In this document: piece by piece, positions 31,719 through 39,722 of the stretch
Layout of the letters: every line of letters begins with the position of its first letter
How positions within the stretch are numbered: position 1 is the first letter of the stretch
Source of the DNA: Eledone cirrhosa
Lineage: Eukaryota
Assembly (NCBI GenBank): GCA_964016885.1
Contig: CAXHJY010001735.1
Location: forward strand, 1 to 39,722
DNA: 39,722 nucleotides
Direction of reading: 5' to 3'
The notes under the pieces: model-generated
What the model was told of the DNA's origin: nothing
The model's input: only the letters and a program-made list of their open reading frames with translations
Databases searched by the model: none
Program-made: the position numbers and the translations under genes

Positions 31719-32350
31719 AGAAAAAAATTTTGAAAACTTTGCCTTTCATCATACGGGTGTCGATAAAATAAAGCACCAGTAACGTACTGTGGTCGATTTA
31801 ATCGACTGCCCCCCCCCCCCATACACACACACCAAATTGCTGGCTTTGTGCCTATATAAGAAACCATTAATAACTGCATTGTTTTTTTCCAGGGACGATG
31901 TTGAAAAATAAACCTCATTTTGTCCTTCCCTGAGAGTATCTTGGTCATTCCACGGGATTTGAACACAGAAGACATTCGTGATACGCAGCAAATGAATGGA
32001 ACGGGTGGCGTTATGTTGATGAAACTAATACGCTAACCACAAAGTGTGCTACGTATTTCTATGTTGATTCAATTCCTTCAATAAAAAAAAGTCGATTCTG
32101 AATTCTGAGATAAGAGATGATAATCTTTGACCTCTGTTGCGAGGCAACGACAAGTGGCGTGAGCTAGTATTTCTGGATTGCTTATTCTTGTGTTACCATC
32201 CTAAATCAGTTATCGGAAAATATAAAATATATTTGCATATCTATTATCTGAGACCGGAGTAGAAAGTTAGGCTATTTCTCACATAAACTTATATGTAGGC
32301 ACAAAACTAAGAATTAAAATTAGTAACGCCGCATTATTTCATTTATAGAT

Positions 32351-32475
32351 CCCTTTATGATCTGAGTTCAAATCCCGCCGAAGTTAACTTTGCCTTTCAT
32401 CCTTACGGGGTCGATAAAATAAAGTACCAGTAATGGATTGGGGTAATTGCTGGCCTTGTGCCAAAAGTAGAAACA
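32351..32475 (+). mobile_element. 5'-truncated SINE with 18-bp TSD
   Basis: ATTATTTCATTTATAGAT at 32333-32350 and 32476-32493. Confidence 0.8.
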
Positions 32476-32599
32476 ATTATTTCATTTATAGATGGTATAT
32501 AATATACAGACACTGAATACTATTGTGAAATCATGTGGCCAAGTGATTAGGGGCGTTCAATTTGCGATCATGATGTCGTGGGATCGATTCCTAGACGCG

Positions 32600-32709
<110 letters not shown>

Positions 32710-32900
32710 AGGTGAAGTTGAAAATAGCACGAAAAATATGTGTGTATATATATATATATATATATTAGTCCGGAACTAGCTGTTGAAACGGCAAGAGCTC
32801 AGCCGTCGGGTCCTGATACTTTATTATATATATATATATATATATATATAACCACTTAACCGATGATAGAGAATATTCTTGAAAACACACACGCACACAC

Positions 32901-33365
<465 letters not shown>

Positions 33366-33466
33366 CAGGAATATATTGTCTATCATGGAATAAGTGGCAG
33401 TCAACCAGTATTAATTCGGTCTGCGTTGCCACCAGGCTAGCAACATTGATTAATTTCGAAAACACT

Positions 33467-33546
<80 letters not shown>

Positions 33547-33783
33547 AATATTATATATATATATAAATATTATATATATAAATATTATATATATAAATAT
33601 ATATATATATATAATATATATATATATATAAATAGTTGGTCGTCAAGTATGAAATTAGTACAAATTTGTAGAAAAAAAAAACAAATTTCTACAATTTTCA
33701 TATTTGACGACCCAATATACACACACACACACATACACACACACATACATACAGATATGTATATATACACACACACATGTATA

Positions 33784-33975
33784 TAATTGTTTCTACTTTT
33801 GGCACAAGGCCAGCAATTATCCCAGTGCATTACTGGTACTTTATTTTATCGACCCCGTAAGGATGAAGGGCAAAGTTAACCTCGGCGGGATTTGAGCTGA
33901 GACCGTAAAGGGCCGTACCTCTATGCTCCAAAGCATGGCGTCCAACCCTTTACTGATACTGCCAATCCTCTGCCC
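33784..33975 (-). mobile_element. Full-length SINE (short form)
   Basis: Family consensus match. Confidence 0.8.
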
Positions 33976-34129
33976 TGATATAGTATATAATACCAGTAAG
34001 ACAATTATTCAACTGTTAAAAAAAGGTACTCAATACATGTATGAAAGTGACGTCCAAACGAGTATCCTCCACTACCAACTAACTCAACCTCCGCCTCTGG
34101 GTCCCGGGGAATATATGAAAGGCGCCCAT

Positions 34130-34415
34130 CGGTGACTAATGAACATGGTTTTGTACCAAGAAAGTTCCCCCCGAGGCACATGCCTGGGCAAGGTTTGTTT
34201 GTGGAAGTTCAGTAGTCGCTCAAGTAAACCAGTTCCCCCTCTCCACGCCACTAATGTTGTCAAAGGGAAAGGTAATGGACAATATAGCTTGAGCCCAGGG
34301 ACATCGCAACACATTTCTACAGCTGAGTGAACTTGAGCAACGTGTAATAAAGTGTCTTGCTCAAGGACACAACGCATCACCCGGTCCGAGAATCGAACTC
34401 ACAACCTCTCAATTG
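34130..34415 (-). mobile_element. Second SINE family copy (GTCCTTGAGCAAGACACTTTATT type)
   Basis: Reverse-complement similarity to 37565-37850; tRNA-like head GTGAGTTCGATTCT. Confidence 0.65.
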
Positions 34416-34481
34416 CAAACCCGAGAGAATATATAATTAATATATAATTATATAAATGTTTTCTTATATAACATATATGGG

Positions 34482-34693
34482 TTCTTATATAGGCACAAGG
34501 CCAGCAATTTTTGGGGAGGGGAAAGTCGATTAAATCGACCCCAGTGCGTGACTGGTACTTTATTTTTCGACCCCGGAAGGATGAAAGGCAAAGTTAACCT
34601 CGGCGGGATTTGAACTCAGATCATAAAGGGTCGTAACTCTATGCTGCAAAGCATGGCGACCGACCCTCTTCCGATACTGCCAATCAACTGCCC
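34482..34693 (-). mobile_element. Full-length SINE (long form)
   Basis: Family consensus match. Confidence 0.8.
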
Positions 34694-35207
34694 TTGTTTA
34701 GCATGTAAATGAATATCGTTTTAACGCATGAAACACAAAATAATTATTTACATGGTAGACATGTAGGATTAAAACTCAGGACCTGGTGGTTGGAAAGCAA
34801 ACTTCTTATTGTAACAACATGACTGAAATAGGAAATGCATTGTGTGTGTTTGTGTGTGTAAACAGACAGAGATATCTGTATATATATATATATATATATA
34901 TAGAATGAATAATAACAGGTAGACATCATAAAAAGGGTAGTTTATTCCGTGTGCTTACAAGTGTTTCCACGGTGGTGCTGCAGCCTAGTTCCGCTACGTG
35001 CAAATTCACAAGTATTTGCCGAACTCGAATATCCAATGCTGTGACCACTGTTTCCTCAGAGCAGAATTGGATAATCCTATACCTAATATATATATATATA
35101 TAATATATAAAGAGTGTCTCTTTTCCTATTACCCACTCTACTACCCTAAGTATCGAGTACTCTGGGGTGCGTTATAATCCACCTGGTATCTTACCACACA
35201 TACTTTG

Positions 35208-35278
<71 letters not shown>

Positions 35279-35752
35279 GTAGAACCTCGGTTCAGGAACA
35301 ATTTTTCCGAACATAAAGAAACATCTCGGTTGACGAACGCTATCTCGAGCAAGGAACACACAAGCCAGCAACAGTGATTGGTGACAAATTAGAAGTATTG
35401 TCGGGAAAGGTCCGACGAGCTTTTGGTTCCAGAGTCGGGCCAGATCGATATAGATCGAACCTTGAGCCGTTCAATAAACGTAATGAAGGCTTATCGTCCT
35501 TGTATTTTTATATTACACTGTCTAGCTCTACACCTCGTTACAGACGTGAACCTAAACATCAATTTCAATTATATTTAGACACCCTAATGGGGGTTAAACC
35601 CTATTAGGGTTCCTCGGAGGCACAAACCCCCCGCTGAATTTTTTTTCCCTTAGATTTATATGAAATTTAAACCATAGGTATATGACAAGATATGATGCCT
35701 ATTCACAAAAGTTTTGAATTGATATTTTGAAAAACATTATTTACAAGAAACA

Positions 35753-35937
35753 GGGCGGTGGATTGGCAGTATCGGTAGAGGGTCGGACGCCATGCTTTCC
35801 AGCAGAGTTACGTCCCTTTACGATCTGAGTTCAAATCCCGCCGAGGTTGACTTTGCCTTTCATCCTTACGGGGTCGATAAAATAAACTACCAGTAATGCA
35901 CTGGGTATTTGCTGGCCTTGTGCCTAAAGTAGAAACA
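35753..35937 (+). mobile_element. Full-length tRNA-derived SINE (reference copy of the dominant family) with 17-bp TSD
   Basis: A-box-like TGGCAGTATCGGTAG, B-box GAGTTCAAATCC, body GCCTTTCATCCTTACGGGGTCGATAAAATAAA, tail GTAGAAACAATT. TSD ATTATTTACAAGAAACA at 35736-35752 and 35938-35954. Confidence 0.85.
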
Positions 35938-36011
35938 ATTATTTACAAGAAACAAAATAAGAATAAGATTTAATAATGTAATTTTGATTTGATATATTAC
36001 AAAAAAATAAT

Positions 36012-36150
36012 TGTTTCTACTTTTGGCACAAGGTCAGTAATTACTCAATGCATTACTGGTACTTTATTTTATCGACCCCGTAAGGATGAAAGGCAAAGTT
36101 AACCTCGGCGGGATTTGAACTCAGAATGGCAAGGGCCGTAACTCTATGCG
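36012..36150 (-). mobile_element. 5'-truncated SINE, inverted relative to the neighbouring copy
   Basis: Same family; direct repeat TTACAAAAAAATAAT at 35997-36011 and 36151-36165. Confidence 0.8.
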
Positions 36151-36544
36151 TTACAAAAAAATAATGTTTTCCAATTTTTCATGCATTACATTTTACATTG
36201 AGTAATATTGAAATGCATAAATTAGATCACTGATTTAAAATCAAACATCATTTTCTTACAAAAAAATGTGTGAAACGCAGCAAGGCGCGGCTAATCCGGC
36301 TAGTATATAATAGACACACACACACACACATATATATATAGGGTTTGATTCCTCATGGGCGCCCTTATCCACATTTTTCAATCCCCAGGTGTCATTTACC
36401 TGGTTACTATTTATAGTGGCCGTCTAATATTACAGTCTAATATGTCATCCTTTTTATTGTTGATATAACAAAGGAAGTGTGGTAAGGAACCAGATGGACC
36501 ATAACGCACCAGAGTACTCAATACTTAGGGTAGTAGAGTGGGAA

Positions 36545-36661
36545 ATAGGAAAAAGTATGACCCCGACGGCAGAGCTCAAGCCGTTTCGACGGCTATTTCG
36601 AGTCCAGAAATAGCTGTCGAAACGGCTTGAGCTCTGCCGTCGGGGTCATACTTTTTCCTAT
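36545..36661. other. Near-perfect GC-rich palindrome (55-bp arms, 7-nt loop, one G.T mismatch)
   Basis: ATAGGAAAAAGTATGACCCCGACGGCAGAGCTCAAGCCGTTTCGACGGCTATTTC-gagtcca-reverse complement. Confidence 0.95.
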
Positions 36662-36749
36662 GTATATATTATGGGTCAACGAGACAAGATAAAAATGTCT
36701 AGTTATTCTGTGGAGGAGTATAGTACTAAATATGTGTACTATGTATTGT

Positions 36750-37420
36750 GGCATGGTGTTGGTGGTGTTGGTGCTGGTGGTGACGGTGATGGTGATGGTG
36801 GTGGTGATGGTGACGATGGTGGTGGTGTTGGTGGTGTTGGTGCTGGTGGTGACGGTGATGGTGACGATGGTGGTGGTGTTGGTGGTGGTGACGTGGTGGT
36901 GATGGTGGTGTTGGCGGTGGTGATGATGGTGGTGGTGTTGGTGGTGACGGTGGTGTTGGTGGTGACGGTGGTGGTGGTGTTGGTGGTGGTGGTGGTGGTG
37001 ACGGTGGTGGTGTTGGTGGTGACGGTGGTGGTGTTGGTGATGGTGACGATGGTGGTGATGGTGGTGGTGTTGGTGGTGTTGGTGGTGATGATGGTGGTGG
37101 TGTTGGTGGTGACGGTGGTGTTGGTGTTGGTGGTGGTGGTGGTGGTGGTGGCGGTGGTGTTGGTGGTGGTGACGTGGTGGTGATGGTGGTGGCGGTGGTG
37201 GTGTTGGTGGTGTTGGTGGTGGTGGTGGTGGTGGTGACGATGACGGTGATGGATGATGGTGGTGACGGTGATAGCGTTGGTGGTGGCAGTGGCGACAGTG
37301 AGGACGGTGATGGATGATGGTGGTGTCGGTGGTGACGGTAACGATGGTGGCGGTGGTGGTATTGTTGTTATTGTTGTTGTTGGTTCTGGTGGCAGGTGCT
37401 GGTTGGTGGTGGGGATCATG
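36750..37420. repeat. Degenerate (GGT)n trinucleotide tract
   Basis: Direct reading. Confidence 0.95.
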
Positions 37421-37496
37421 GTGTGGTGTGTGTGTGTGGGGGGGGGGGGGCTTGTGGTGATATTTTATTTCATAACAATTGAAAATAAAGAAACAT

Positions 37497-37564
<68 letters not shown>

Positions 37565-37850
37565 AAGGCGGGTGGCTGATAGGTTACAGTGCTGGTTTCA
37601 CAATCGAGAGGTTGTGATTCTATTCCTGGAACAGGCGATTCATTCTGTCCTTGAGCAAGACACTTTATTTCCCGTTGCTCCAGTTCCCTCAGGTTGTATC
37701 GGCCATTGTCTTTCCCTTGGACAACAATAGAGGTATGGAGAGGAGGAGAATAGCATGCATGGGTGACAGCTGATCTTCCACAAAAAAGGACCTTACCCCG
37801 GTCTTGGGCCTCAGAAGGGGAACTTTCTAGTCACAACCCCCATGGTCTTA
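37565..37850 (+). mobile_element. Second SINE family copy
   Basis: GTGGCTGATAGGTTA...GTCCTTGAGCAAGACACTTTATTTCCCGTTGCTCCAGTT; ends in an (AT)n tract. Confidence 0.65.
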
Positions 37851-37851
37851 A

Positions 37852-39722
<1,871 letters not shown>

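Noticed and set aside
35753-35845. tRNA gene
   Set aside because: A/B-box-like motifs are present but there is no cloverleaf; it is the head of a multi-copy SINE with TSDs.
36671-37579. Mucin-like Thr/Pro/His- or Val/Gly-rich ORFs
   Set aside because: These are translations of a degenerate (GGT)n tract that is open on both strands, with no domain or splice support.

Overview
AT-rich, microsatellite- and SINE-dense animal genomic DNA; the repeat landscape suggests a cephalopod such as Octopus (inference only). The ORF track is almost entirely repeat noise. Reading splice sites by hand on the minus strand reconstructs one complete, frame-intact 15-exon lipoxygenase gene (CDS 29938->10660, 2016 nt, 671 aa). 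It has a PLAT domain, the Fe ligands H359/H364/H550/N554/C-terminal Ile, a Gly at the Coffa site (predicting R-stereochemistry) and one GC-AG intron. The first 7.7 kb is a G/T-skewed ~20-bp two-monomer satellite with two strand inversions and a ~0.8-kb higher-order duplication. Introns and flanks hold >20 copies of a tRNA-type SINE (several with clear TSDs, one duplicating a splice acceptor, some in inverted pairs), MITEs, a Helitron-like element carrying a 28-bp minisatellite, and a near-perfect 55-bp-arm palindrome. There is also a dispersed set of minimal type I hammerhead-ribozyme motifs (Penelope-like style), one of them in the sense strand of a LOX intron.
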